From Rhina ancylostomus (taxonomy: Eukaryota), in contig JARFYF010000051.1 in assembly GCA_030265395.1 (NCBI GenBank), positions 12,531,050 to 12,595,049 on the forward strand: a stretch of 64,000 bases of DNA, given 5' to 3'. Under the pieces are notes generated by a model. That model was not told where the DNA came from. It saw nothing but the letters and a program-made list of their open reading frames with translations, and did not search any database. Shown piece after piece: positions 1 to 13,429 of this stretch. Numbering within the stretch: the stretch's first letter is position 1; each line of letters opens with the position of its first letter. The position numbers and the translations under genes were made by a program.

Positions 1-255
1 CACCAGTGACTTGGGTTCAACTCCCACTGCTGCCTGTAAGGAGTTTGTATGTTCTCTCTGTGTCTGCGTGGGTTTTCTCCGCATGCTCCAATTTCCTCCC
101 ATATTCCAAAGACATGCAGGTTAGAAGCTGTGGGCATGCTATGTTGGTGCTGGAAGAGTGGTGACACTTGCAGGCTGCCCCCCAGCACATTCTTAGCAAC
201 GCAAAAAGACATATTTCACTGTGTGTTTCAATGCACATGTGACCAATAAATAAAT
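1..255 (+). mobile_element. tRNA-derived V-SINE, 5' end cut by the window edge
   Basis: B-box GGTTCAACTCC, V-domain GGAGTTTGTATGTTCTC...GCGTGGGTTTTCTCC...TTTCCTCCCATATTCCAAAGAC, and tail TTTCACTGTGTG...ACATGTGACCAATAAA. Confidence 0.85.
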
Positions 256-299
256 GTCTATTTTCGAGTTAAGATTGAGAAACAATCAGATTGAAAGAT

Positions 300-640
300 T
301 CGTAGTGGGCTCAACAGGGTGAGGCAGAAATGTTGTTTCTTCCATCTGGACGAGGGGTCACTGTCTCAAGATAAAGGACTGGCCGTCCAGGACACAGATA
401 ATACATTTTTTTTAACCCAGATGGTCACAAATCTTTGTATTCTCCACCCAAGTGGGCTGTGTACTTCCGTTTCTGAGTTTTTCAAGGGAAAAATGGATAG
501 GTTTTTAGATTTTTAGGGACTCCAGGGATGAGGGTTTAGAGTGGTGTCGTGGGACTGACATAAAATGTCAGTTGTGACCTTAATGAATGTAGAGGAGGCA
601 AGAGGGCCTCCTCCTGCTTCAATCTTGTTCTGCTATGCTT
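300..640 (+). mobile_element. Degraded CR1 LINE 3' end
   Basis: Remnants of the CR1 ORF2 C-terminus (FFTQ-VV-LW...FK-EMDRFL) and 3' UTR. Confidence 0.6.
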
Positions 641-1164
641 TCTCTGTTCTCAAATTTGTATTTTTGCTTTTATCTTTGTACTTTTACATATCTCTGCTTC
701 TTTTACTTATTTTCTTTGTTGGACATGGTCAGGTCTTGTGACAGAGAAAGGAACTCCATAACTGGTGGGTGTAAGTGAAGTGCAGTCTGCATTGTCTGGC
801 AGTTGCAGACTTTAGAACATTCACTGACTCCAAATATTCACATTCTTTCTCCTCTTGAGTCTATAAAATGCTTTTAACTGCACCCCAAACCCTCAACTTA
901 CAATGAGCAAGTGACTCCTATTGCTTATCTGTATTTTAGTCTGCATTTAACTGATACATCATCTGTACTTGAGTTTGCCATCGCTTCCGATTTGGTTCAC
1001 TTTTTTATCTGATCTGTGTAATGATATCTTGCTGGAAATATCCTTAGAAGGTGAGTGAGCAGCAGGTATACCATCTTAAGCATCCACGGATTTCACCTGA
1101 AAATTGAAGTTTTAATGAATTAGGGGGAAAAATAATTCCAAGTGTATGCCTTGCAACAAAGAGC

Positions 1165-1895
1165 AATTCAGGGCATTGAGTATAAAAGTCAGTAGGCCAT
1201 GTTGCAGCTGTGTAAAACTTTGGTTAGACTGCATTTGGAGTATTGTGTGCAATTCTGCTCAGTTCATTAAGGACGTGGAGGCTTTGAAGGGGGTGAAGAG
1301 GACGTTCACCGGGATGTTGCATGGATTAGGGAATATTAGCTATAAGGAGAGGTTGGACAAACTTAGATTGTTTTCTNNNNNNNNNNNNNNNNNNNNNNNN
1401 NNNNNNNNNNNNNNNNNNNNNNNNNNNNNNNNNNNNNNNNNNNNNNNNNNNNNNNNNNNNNNNNNNNNNNNNNNNNGGAATATTAGCTATAAGGAGAGGT
1501 TGGACAAACTTAGATTGTTTTCTCTGGAGTGTCGGGGACTGAGAGGAGACCTGATAGCATATAAAATTCTGGAGAGGCATAGATAGGGTGGACAGTCAAA
1601 GTCCTTTTCCCAGGACGGAAATATGAGAGGGCATAGGTTTAAGGTGAGAGGGGAAATGCTTAAGGAAGATTTGTGCGGCAAATTTATTTTCAGACAGAGA
1701 GTAGAAGGTGCCTAGAAAGCACTGCCAGGGAGGTGGTGTAGCAGATATGATAACTGATGTTTAAGAGGCATTTAGACAGACACATGAACAGGCTGGGAAT
1801 AGGGGGATACAGGCAAATGTTATGAGATGGATTGGCCACATGGTCAGCACAGACATGGTGGGCTTGTTACTGTGCTGTACTGTTCTATGTTCTGA
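1165..1895 (+). mobile_element. CR1/HER1-type LINE 3' fragment
   Basis: Translates to KDVEALKGVKRTFTGML...SYKERLDKLRLFSLECRGLRGDLI, followed by a CR1 tail ...CTGTGCTGTACTGTTCTATGTTCT. Confidence 0.85.
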
Positions 1896-4800
1896 GAAAT
1901 GTTAATAGTTTGTCTCTCTACAGATTATGTCTGACCCACAGGTATTACCAGCGTTTTCTGTCTTTACTTGAGAACTTCCAGCAGCTGCCGTATTTTCCTT
2001 TTTCTAAAGTGTGAAATGTGTTAGCAGGTGGTATGTTTCATTCTTTTTTTTTCCTATCCAAAACTGAGCAAAAATGAAGTTTTTTCTATCAACTAGGGGG
2101 AAAAAAGTCTACCATGTAAATATCGGTTTCCTTACAGAAACAACAAATTATCCATAGCCCCAGATATTAATAGGAAACAGAGTGACACCTCCATTTACTG
2201 CTATTGATTCAACATTCCAAATCCCATGGTAATACACCAGAAATTATTCCATGAAAAAAAATGTTCAAGATACACAACAAGTCATTTATCGCCTTCACAT
2301 GAAAGGTGCATTATTCTTAACAATGGAAAAATGCTGTAATGGAAATAAAAATGCAAGTAATTCTAAAGCTATATATTTGTAATGCAAATCTCTCTCATTT
2401 CAGATGTTGGTTGACCTGTTGTCCACCTTACACACATATTTTATCTACAGTTCTGAATTCCAGCTCCCAGTTATTTTAAATTTCAGTAAAAAAGATGTGA
2501 CAAAACAGCTATCATCCTCTCACACTCATCAAATGAACTCATAACTATTTGTCAATGCATCCTATTTAGAACCTTATGTCTTCTTGCTGCCATTCCACAA
2601 AAATAAAACAAAAATGTTGCAATTTAACACACTGGTAGCTGATCGGGACACTGAAGCAGTAAAAATGGTTACTTCATCAACCCCAGATTGGAATTCTATA
2701 TTTGGCTTACAGAGAGGAAATAGATTAGTTTGAACTGCGGCAGACCCGTGCACATTAGAGTCCACAGATGAGTGCGTTAAATGAACGTCAGAACGTACCA
2801 AGAAAGAAATGAATCTTCATTATATCTGGAAAGAACCCAGATNNNNNNNNNNNNNNNNNNNNNNNNNNNNNNNNNGTAAAGCCAACATGGTTTTGGCGGA
2901 GGGGCAGGTGCAATGGTGATGCTGTTTTGGGAATGGCAGAGCAAGTTGGTATAGAAAGGACGGGCAGGAAGGAGGGTAAAGACGCTTGGATGTAGATGGG
3001 GGTGACAGTGACGAGAATAAGAAGGGGAGAAAAAGAATTACACACATCCCTATCTAATTGAATTTTTAAAGATGGCAATGGTTCCAATTGTGATCTGTAT
3101 TTTGTTGTGGCTGTGGTTATAATAGTTAGATAATTAACGATATTCATATACGCTGAGTGAGATAGTGTAAAATGTAATCAATCCCCAAATAGTGGCTTAA
3201 AATATCCACAATGACATTTAAATTTAATGTAATTAAATCTTAGATAATTCATTGCAAATCTTCATTTTGTGAACTTGTGTCAACAGCTTCATTCATCTTG
3301 AAAATGCTTTCAGTTAGAGATGCAGCAGTTGAAGGGATGTTGAAAAGTGCTGCACACCTTGTGAACAATAGTCAACATTACGTATTTGCAGAACAGGACC
3401 TCGAATGCCGCTCCGTTTTGCTTCAACTGGAATATTGTCAAAGATAAAATTGGACGTTATGTAAATATTTACAATAGGCAAACACTGCCATTTATGAATA
3501 AAAAGTGATGCTATGTCGTGCAGATAAATCAATATATGAGAATTGGAAAACTGCACAAGAAATGAGGAAATGTAACATTGTCATAAGGATGGAGTTTCTA
3601 TAGCAACTGCAACGACTTCAATTCATAAACATTCCCTGATTCATTGAGTCAACAGAAATAACCAGTCTGGTGTGCAATCTTTTTAATTCAAATTTTATTA
3701 CAAATTATAGGCTGATTTAGGGTACCATAAAGTAGCTTTCTTGACATTTGATTCTTAATTTAAATAATAATATTTGAAGCTATTACTCTATATTTAACTG
3801 AAGCAAGAATTTGCTCAAATTATTACAGCTGATACTAAATTCCTTACATTGGTGTATTTTATACCCCTGGACAATACTGTAAATGAGACCACCAAATAGC
3901 AGGAATGAGATGAGCAAATTTTCAACAAAATTGCAAAATGGCATAGCACTTTATATTGTGATGAAGGGAGACGTGAAATATTCCAATGAAGACTCAAAAA
4001 AACAGTGCAAAAGATAAAGAGGAATGGGAATATATGAAATGCACAAAAGGGAATCAACTTAATCATTAATTTTTTTGGAGACCCTTCAGGATAAGGTAAG
4101 CAGATAATGGGAGTATATTGACCACCCACCCATATTTAGCATTGTCAATCCAACAAAGATGCTAACTGACTGCAGATCAGTGCTTGGGCTGGAGGAGTGG
4201 ACGTTAGAGGAGGCAGTCACAGGATCCACCACCACTCTTCTGAGCTCAGTTCCTTCTTCGAGTGAATACCCTTGCAAATTTACTAAATGTTAGATTTCTT
4301 AGCCCAAATTATCTTCATTTTTATTCTTTTTTTCTACAGAAGAGTGAAATATGGTGACTAGTCCAGCTTTATTCCTGTTCAGAGTCAATTCCACAATGGA
4401 ATGGAAACCCCGGTGTGAACTAGGGTGCAATTCCTTTCTTGTTTCTATTCTCTAATTGAATAACATTACATTCAAATCATTAAAGAAATACCAGATTGGC
4501 CCACAGAGGATAGTTGAATCCAAACAATATTGACTTAGACTGGGTTTTGAATGGTAACTCCACCACTCTATTAGTAGTTTCCTACCTCATTAAAGTTTAA
4601 CCTTCAATAAGATGGTATTCAGTTATGAAAACTTCTTACAAACATTCTCTGGTGAAAGTAACACATTTCCATCCATTACTACAAGTTTAACCTAAATGGA
4701 TTCTAGAAGAATGAAAATGAACTGAACTACCTGTTGCTGAGTATGAAACCTACGGTTGTCAAGTGGCTTATTAAGCAGCAGATATTTAGCTTTTGGTAAC

Positions 4801-5668
4801 AAGTTTGCTGCCATTCAGTCAGTGGAATCACATATACCGAAAGCACTTTTTATTACATTAAATTAAGATTTACCAATAATATGAAAGCTGTAATGATGTT
4901 GAACTGTCGTTAAATTGATATTTTGGTGTACCAGTATTCTTCTTAATACTAAAAGCCTGTGAGATCCTAGTACTGGAACCCAGCCATCATTAACTCCAAT
5001 AAACCAGTTTCTCTTCTGAAATCAATTGGTATGAATTAATGTTGATTGTGAGCATTAAATGATTCACCTTGTACATAGCCATCATAGAATATAAAACAGT
5101 ACAGCACAGTAACAGGTCCTTAAATGAAAAATGCATCAACTGAAAACTCTACAGGAGTTTAAACTTTGAACAAGAATATAACTTGCACCTTGTAAATGGA
5201 CAGCAGGTTAGCCTGAAACATTTTCACAGAACATATTAAACTCAGGCTTGGGAGAAAGCCAACAATCTGCAAAAGCTCAACAATTTAATGTAAATCTGTT
5301 AAATGAATGAGATTTCCACAGTAAAATCAATATGGAATGCCACGGACAACCTAATCAAAGCACAGCTTCAAGAATCAATTTTTCAAAATACGATTACAAC
5401 TTTAATAACTGAAATGAAATACACTGAAAATATTAGTGTTGCCAACCATTCAAGTTAATTTAAAAATAAGCAATGAACTGACAATGAAGAGAGTGTGATT
5501 TCCTGAGATGAATTGACAGCATTACAGTTCAAGTTACTGTATTCATTTTCCTCATACTTCCCACCATCATATATATCAAGATTATTAAGGGATATTATCT
5601 AGTTATACCATTTGTGGGGCATTGCCATTTGCAAAATGTTTGCCATTTTTCTGCATTACAACAATGAC

Positions 5669-6159
5669 TTCATTCCGAATTCACTGGAAAGATAATCAAA
5701 CAAGCATCGGTGTCCTATTCATGGTCAACATAACCAGCATCAAGGCATTAGTTATATTCCATCAACTCCTTTGGGCAAGTCAGTCCAATGCCAGACTCCC
5801 AAAACAGAAACAATATTCTGAGCTTTGTCCTGAGAAGAGATTACCAGGCAAAGAGAGGGAAGGATACAAGAATGTGCTCAAAGGCTACTTGGGAGAGAAA
5901 ATCCCTGGTCCATGAGTGCTCAGACTGGAGAAGGATGGTATTCAGAATTGTGTCCATACCTCAGCAGCACACAAAAGCCTTGCATAAAATGGCACATGGA
6001 ACACACTTCACAACCTACCCATTCACCCACCCTCGTCAAGCACCTCTCGCCTCATACGTGGAAGTATCTACTGTTGTACGCTGGTTTCATGTCATGTCAG
6101 AACCCAGGGAACCAGAGTGAAAGCAAGAAATTCCCACACCCAAGGGACTGTCTAAGAAT
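5669..6159 (+). mobile_element. RTE-clade LINE 3' fragment inserted in a Deu-type SINE
   Basis: Translates to IHWKDNQTSIGVL...SIKALV..HQLLWA...RLPKQKQYSELCPEKRLPG (RTE RT C-terminus). Flanked by ATGAC at 5664-5668 and 6160-6164. Confidence 0.75.
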
Positions 6160-7476
6160 ATGACAGCACTTAATAGGTATCTCACTGGCTGTATCAGGCT
6201 TTAAAATGTATCAATGCCTTGAATAGATCTGTACAAATACCAGATCATTTTATCTTTGATTATATTTTGGTTGAGCACATACCCTACTGTTTATCAGTGT
6301 GCTGACTGGAGCAGAAACCAGGGGGAAAGCATAACATATCCTCCATCAAGATGAGTGGCTCTCAACAAAAACTTACAAAATATTCAATCACACATATTAG
6401 AAAGGAGTGTATGCAAAAATGCTGGGGCTTTTTAATGTTCATTGCTAACTGATGACTAAATGATGTAACATGAGATGGAGAGCCTGAGACTTATAAGAAT
6501 CAGACTTGGGTTTAATTCACACCATGGTTAAATAGCTTGCCAGTGCTCAAGTGGTCACACTTATGACAGATGAGCATTTAGGGTGAAATACTAAGAATTG
6601 CTGGCGTCTTTCTAACGGAAAAAATAAAGACTGAAAAATGAGTAAAACCACGAGAACTTTTTTTACCATCTTTTCTGCAAGAATTGAATTGGTTCAGTTT
6701 CTGTTTTTGAGTGAAGTGTGCTGCATGAAGTTAAAAGCCCCATGAAGTTCGACAGGTTTCTGTAAAGCAACAATGCTGCTGAGTGTGATTAAGAATACAA
6801 TATGCATTAATGTTAGAACTGCTGCTCTGTATACTGAACCCTATGTGATTTTCATGTGCAAATATATACAGTGCAGCAATATAAATGTCATTTCTGATGC
6901 AGCTCAGGTGTTTGAAGAAACCAGAACCATTTGGCAGTATCTACAGCAATAAGCTGAAAAACTATCATCACAAAAAAACAGGATCTTGCTCTACTGAAAT
7001 GTTTTGTAATTTTCACCTGATTATTCTGCACAAGTAATTGGAGGGGACCAAAACTTGTCAACAAGGAAAGGCTAGAAGATTGGTATGTGTGAGCCCTGCG
7101 TAAGGACATAAACTGAACAGGCTGGATAATACATCTTCTTGCTCCTAATATTCTTTTTTTGGATACAAGTGAAACTGTGATCTTATCAATTTCATTCACA
7201 AGTTTTAAAATAATTAGAAAAAAAAGATAGCCAAACACAGATGACTAACACTATCCAGGTATGAGTTTGAAACTGGGTGGCAGTGAAGAAACAGCAGGCT
7301 ATTCACATTTTGAGTTGTCCTATTGACCAGCAACTGGAAGGGATACTTGATTAGTCCATCTTTTCAAACGTTAACATTTTTGCAGGCAGATCGTTAGTTA
7401 TTTGGTAGCATAACACAATATTTTTACAATGTCGGGAAGATTTGAACACCTCATGCTGTTCTAAAATCACCGATGT

Positions 7477-7900
7477 GAATGAATGAATGAATGAATGAAT
7501 GAATTAGGAGCAGGATGAAGCCATTCAGCTCCTCAAATCTGTTTCATCATTCAATCAGATCATGGCTGATCTGACTTTACAATTTCACATTCCCACCTAC
7601 CTCCTGAGCTTTTGTTGGTAGATAGATCAAGAATCTATCTACCACTGCCTTAGTTATTCAGACTCTGCTTTCACTACCCTTTGAGGAAGAAAGTTTCAAA
7701 GACTCGTAACCCTTACAGAAAAAAAATTCACCTACTTTCTGTCTTAAATAGGCACTCTCTTATTTTTAAGCAATGATCCCAAGTCCTCAATTTTACACAG
7801 GAGATCCAGAAGTAAGTGCCTTGCCCTCCCTTGCTTTGCCATGTAAGTGCATGCTGTCCCATCCAACCTGTCCCTCAGAATCTCAAATTTCAATCAATCT
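7477..7900 (-). mobile_element. (GAAT)7 microsatellite (7477-7504) abutting an old CR1 3' tail
   Basis: GAAT x7, then TAGGAGCAGGA...GCCATTCAGC...GATCATGGCTGATCTG, the reverse complement of a CR1 tail. Confidence 0.7.
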
Positions 7901-8735
7901 CACTTCCTTTTCTCATGAAAGACATGTTACTGCACTGTGGGAGATAGCATGAACTGGTGGGAGGATAAGCAAGGTTCACTATTCCTTCACAGTATAAATG
8001 ACAAGATTGACCATTGCTGCGCTTAGCTAACAGGGAGCAGAAAATAACAAACTGAGCAGGATTCTCAACCAGGATACCAACTCCTCCACTTCACATCCCC
8101 TCATTCCAGATTTTCTTCGGATCTGCAAGCAAATGTTCTAAGGTTTGAAGTTATCCCAGCAACCATGAAAGCCTCCTGTTATTTATGGAAAGGAAGCTTT
8201 TCTATCATAGCCAAAGCATATTCTCTGAAGTGGAGTGTTGGGGATTTGCATTGTTAAAATGAGTAATGATCATATAACATTTATTTGTTTGCTTTTATAC
8301 CACTTCTCATCAAACAACCTTGCTGTCTTCCAAACAAGAATGACTTAGGCCTCTATAGTTCTGCAGTGAAACCCACGTGTATAAATTGGAAATGTTAACC
8401 ACCAACATGTCCACTCACACCTCTAATCCTGCAGTGTGGAAGGTTTCTATTACCGTGAAAGTTACAAAGTACAGTTCAAACAATAAACTCCTTTGAACTG
8501 TGCTCTACCACAACACCAAATGTGATTGAATAGTTTGCAGCTTATCCCTTGATTATTTGGTAACTGAATCCCAGTTTTGCTAAACTCAAATAAAATCCAG
8601 TTGATTAGATGTTAAACTGCTAGTCTTTATTTCTGTAATGCTGATTCTCAACTTGAGTGGCATTGCAAAATTATATTATTAAGGGGTTGTAACCATTAAA
8701 CATTTTATGGTTTAGCCATTTTACTTAATTATGTA

Positions 8736-8949
8736 CAGGTCCTTCCAGCTTATGAATGCCCAACATATGCACAACATGTATCACAAGCCAGCGTTTCGGA
8801 GATCAGCGGGATGGCTTTGCCAGCTGCTGCAGGGCTGCAGGCATCTTCTGCTGTGTGGGAACTCAGTCTCTGGCCACATTTCTGACTTGCAAACTGTTCG
8901 GGTTACAGTTCTCAGGAACAAAACCCTGTTGTAACCTGGGAAGGACCTG
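8736..8949. mobile_element. Tc1/mariner (Tigger-like) MITE, 214 bp
   Basis: TA|CAGGTCCTTCC-AGCTTA ... TAACCTGGGAAGGACCTG|TA: terminal inverted repeats with TA on both sides. Confidence 0.75.
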
Positions 8950-10930
8950 TATTTACTATTTGTCCTTCAGATTTGCCTTTTTAGATGGAGTATAAACTCA
9001 AATTTGAATACTGTTTCAAATTCTCATGCTAATAAATGGTGACCAAAACTTAAATCAACAGTCCTTTTAATGAACTGTTCCTCAAAACTCCTGAAATCCA
9101 TGTGAGTTATAAATATATATTAATATTCAGTTTATTTGCTAACACATGAAGAAATTTGCAAATGAACAATTTTACAGTCGGCATAGAAACGTTTTGTGGA
9201 AAACTGTTGAAATTGGTTTGCACATTGAAGTTGTTTCAGTTCCCAAAAATAATTCCCTTGAACAAAAGCAAAAACTTCAAGATGCTACAAATCAGTGTTA
9301 CCTCATTGCCAGCACTGCCTTTTCACGAATCAATCTTCATTATCCTTTCATTATTAAATTCTACCTTTATGGGTTTCTTATGACAAATTGTAAGCCAAAT
9401 TATAAGTAATTTATTCAAAAGCCACATACTTTGATTCCGAGAGGTTTGAAATCTGATCTCAATTATAGCCAGTGTTGGGAGTTTCAAATACATGATATCA
9501 TGCATTACTGATTTCTATACAGTATGGTGTTGTAATCATTATATGCCTTTTGAACATGTTCACAGTAACAAACAGATTTATAATGCCATTTCTCATTGCA
9601 TAAATAGAAATTACCTTAATGTTTCTTCAGTATACAACAGGTGACTTATGATGAAGACTTACAGAAGACCAGCTGTTTAACCTTAAAAAGGGATTATATT
9701 GCAGCCCACAATGATTTTCTCCTCTGTACATTGCTAATACACAAATTTATTTATCTCATTTTCCAGAAGCAAGATTGCATCATTAAGTTATAATATTTCT
9801 GACAGGATTTTTTGAAGAGTGACAAACACCACACTTCTATGCGAAACAGTAAATTAACATTAAGTAGCAAATAAATCAAGTATGGTTAATTTTGCATTGG
9901 TGTAATATATTGGAAAAACAAAACAATGGCAGAAGGCAGCTTTCTATACAATACAGAGATTAAGGTTTCATTATTACCTGCACTAAATCAAATGACTTCA
10001 GCAAGCAGCTGGCAAGCAAAAGAAAAAATAGATTTTATGCATCTATTTTCATTGAGCTGGGATGTGTGGAAATTGGCTGAGGTTGCTGCCCCTGGGAAAT
10101 GTTCATACACAGGCTCAGGTGAACGGCAAAAGTGGGCTCAACTTTCTGAATCTTCAGTGAAATTGTCTCAAGAATGACAACAGGCCAGCAACAAACCTTT
10201 ATGAGGAGGAGCAAAGCAAAAATTAGTGAAAAGACAATGAATGAATCAGGACCGAGGATTGAGCACAGTCTCATTTCAATCCTTGATTGTGATCTGTGCT
10301 ATTGGATTTCTTAGCAAGAATCTTTGCAGAACTCCTTTGTCAAATAAGTTGAAGTTTTCTTGCATTCTAAACAGTACCCAACTCCCCAGGACCAACCTTT
10401 AAAAAGGTTATTATGCACTGCAAAGATAAATTATTCATGAAGGATCATTTAATGGATTTTAAAAGGCTTCCCTATTTAAAGATCATTCGGCATTTCAGAA
10501 ACCACATTTATTTGTTGGCTTGTATTGGATTTCTTCCAATGGCTTATTCTAGTTCTTTNNNNNNNNNNNNNNNNNNNNNNNNNNNNNNNNNNNNNNNNNN
10601 NNNNNNNNNNNNNNNNNNNNNNNNNNNNNNNNNNNNNNNNNNNNNNNNNNNNNNNNNNCTTATTCTAGTTCTTTTTACTACTTCTAGTGCCTACAAAACT
10701 TCATGACTCCTTTAATTCCCACAGGCAGCATTCCCATAAATCACTGAAAAACTTATTAAAAAAAATGCTTAGGTTGGAGAACTTTGGGGAACTGCAACAA
10801 AAACAACAAAGCCTTTAATGTAGCAAAGTCTCAAGGTGATTCATGGTAGTGCTATCAAACATAATTTGATACTAAGTTAGATGAGGAAATATTAGGGCGG
10901 AACAATGCTTCTTAAAGGAGGAAAACAGGT

Positions 10931-11249
10931 CAACACACACAAAATGCTGGAGGAACTCAGCAGGTCAGGCAGCATCTATGGAGTGAAATAAACAGCCGAT
11001 GTTTCGGGTCGAGACCCTTCATCAGGACTGGTAGAGAGCAGAAGGTCGGGGAAGGGGGAGGAGCATAGACTGGCAGGTACAGGCGAATTCAGGTGTGAGG
11101 GAGAAGNNNNNNNNNNGTGGGTGATGTAGGAAGCTGAAAGGTGATAGGTAGAAGAGACAAAGGACTGAAGGAGGAATCTGGTAGGAGAGGACGGTAGCCC
11201 AAGGATTGTGTGTTGCTCCAGATTCCAACATCTGCAGAATCTCTTGTGT
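10931..11249 (-). mobile_element. Penelope-like (PLE) pseudo-LTR-derived repeat carrying a hammerhead motif
   Basis: TGCTGGAGGAACTCAGCAGGTCAGGCAGCATCT...GTTTCGGGTCGAGACCCTTCATCAGGACTG, with an inverted terminal segment at ~11206-11249. Confidence 0.7.
10993..11030 (-). ncRNA. Minimal type I hammerhead ribozyme motif, one substitution in stem III
   Basis: Minus strand reads CAGUC-CUGAUGA-A-GGGUCUCGACCC-GAAAC-AUC-GGCUG: core CUGAUGA and GAAA, stem II GGGU/ACCC, stem I CAGUC/GGCUG. Confidence 0.6.
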
Positions 11250-13429
11250 AAAGGAATGGGGAGTTTTGGGGAGGGATTTGCAGAACTTAGACCCTTGGCA
11301 GCTGAAAGAAAAATTGCCAACTCTGGAGCAAGTACATTCAAGAATGATCAGGAACTGGAGGACAGCAGTTACTGAGAGGGTTATGGGGGGGGTGGGCAAG
11401 AGATAAGAGAGGATGGGCAAGACTGAGAAGAGATTTGAAACAAGGATTTGAATTTAATAATCAATACAACAGAGCCAATGCAGAACATTAGGCAGGGGAG
11501 GAAAGGGTGGATAAATGTGAGTTCATGGATAGGCAGCAGAGTTTTGTTTGATCTCAAATTTATGTAAGGGGGCGGTGGGGGGGGGGGGGACGAGAATGAG
11601 GACAGTCAGGGAAGTGCTTAAAGAATCAGCTCTAGAAATAACAAAGACAAGGATGGAAGCTTAAACAGCTGAGGGAGCACCAGTAGAGGGCAATATATGG
11701 TCTTCAAGATGATGCAGATATGGTCCAAGCTCCCTCACGGGTTTATGAAACAACATTTTTAAAAGTTTGGTTTATTCTCAAACAATTGCCAAGGCGTTAG
11801 TTGGGGGAAGTAGGGGGTGCAATGCAGTAGGGTGATTTTGGGAAAGTGCAGTAAATTTCGATTGAACAACTTTCCAAAGACGTATGGATAGGTTAACATG
11901 GGTTTAAATGGGTGGCGTGGACTCGTTGGGCCGGAAGGGCCTGTTACCACGCTGTACAAATAAAGTTTTTTTAAAGTAAAAAACATTTTTGCTCATCTAG
12001 AATGAGATCTTTGATACAGGCTGATAATTCGGTAACAGTGGAGTGGTTACCTGCAAGGTACAACCCAGTGCCATCGGTGTGAATATACAACTTGAGTGTA
12101 TTTTAGTGAGAACATCTGGCAGTGCAGGAATAGATCTTGGAGAGAAATAAGAGCAAAACACAGAAGAAGAGAAAGAATTACAGGTCATTCTCTAGGTGTG
12201 AACACATTGGTTAAAACAAAATGGAAATTGCAAATGAAATCCCATCAGTTATTTGATGGTGGCCTGACCAGCTATATCAATCAGCTTAAATTGTTGACCT
12301 GCCACTGAAAAATGTCTCGTTGTTTATTCAATCAAACTCCCTTTTAATCCTCTCTGGTCTGAAAAGAACAACCCTAGCTTCTACATAAATCAAGTCCTNN
12401 NNNNNNNNNNNNNNNNNNNNNNNNNNNNNNNNNNNNNNNNNNNNNNNNNNNNNNNNNNNNNNNNNNNNNNNNNNNNNNNNNNNNNNNNNNNNNNNNNNCA
12501 TAAATCAAGTCCTGCATCTTAGGGATTTTTCTAATGTATTCCTTCTGCGCCCTCATGAATACTGATACATTAAATAAATACCCAGAGATGAACAAAACAC
12601 TTCAGCTGAGGCTACACCAGTGTTCATAAGGGTTCAGTACATGTTCTGTGCTTCACACCTTATCTTTTTAATAATAAAGTCAATGTTTACGTATGACTGA
12701 AGATCATAAGTTCACCAAATGAGAGTCAACTTTTCAGTAATAGATAACTGTAGTTTTCTTCTTATTCTACAAATGGTGGAGACTTGTACCACAGTATGGT
12801 TCCAAATTTGATATTTTGCTGGAGTGTCCCTTCTTCACGTTTAAGGCCAAAGAGTGAATGTCACCAGAATATTTTCCCATCTGATATCATGGCTGACTCC
12901 AATTTTACTCCTATGCAATATCCTCACACATGCAATTCCTGCAGACACAAACGGATACCAATGGAGAGCAGGACGTGTCTGACCTTTCCATTCCTTCTGT
13001 TTTGGCTCAGATTTCTTCAGTTAGCAGAGATTAGAAAATACAAATGATTCAGAAGCTGGNNNNNNNNNNNNNNNNNNNNNNNNNNNNNNNNNNNNNNNNN
13101 NNNNNNNNNNNNNNNNNNNNNNNNNNNNNNNNNNNNNNNNNNNNNNNNNNNNNNNNNNNNNNNNNNNNNNNNNNNNNNNNNNNNNNNNNNNNNNNNNNNN
13201 NNNNNNNNNNNNNNNNNNNNNNNNNNNNNNNNNNNNNNNNNNNNNNNNNNNNNNNNNNNNNNNNNNNNNNNNNNNNNAATTGCAGGCAGCCCACCAAGTG
13301 ATAACATCTATCCTCCCTTCTTCACAAATGTTCCCTGACCTGCTGAATATTTCCAGCACTGTGTTTTTAGTTTAGATTTCCATCACCTACAACTTTTAGT
13401 TTGTTGATTTCCCTGAGAATTTTATACAT

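Larger units (their letters stand above)
10780..11720 (-). mobile_element. Old L2-like LINE 3' fragment interrupted by a Penelope-derived element
   Basis: CTTCTTAAAGGAGG...[insert]...GGGAGGGATTTGCAGAACTTAG..GGCAGCTGAA resembles the recalled elasmobranch L2 3' end. A similar piece lies at ~14520-14700. Confidence 0.5.

Noticed and set aside
1330-1523. Identical 47-bp repeat on both sides of a 100-N gap (similar cases near 10543/10659, 12384/12499 and 56740/56847)
   Set aside because: These are overlapping contig ends around fixed-size scaffold gaps, an assembly artefact rather than a tandem duplication.
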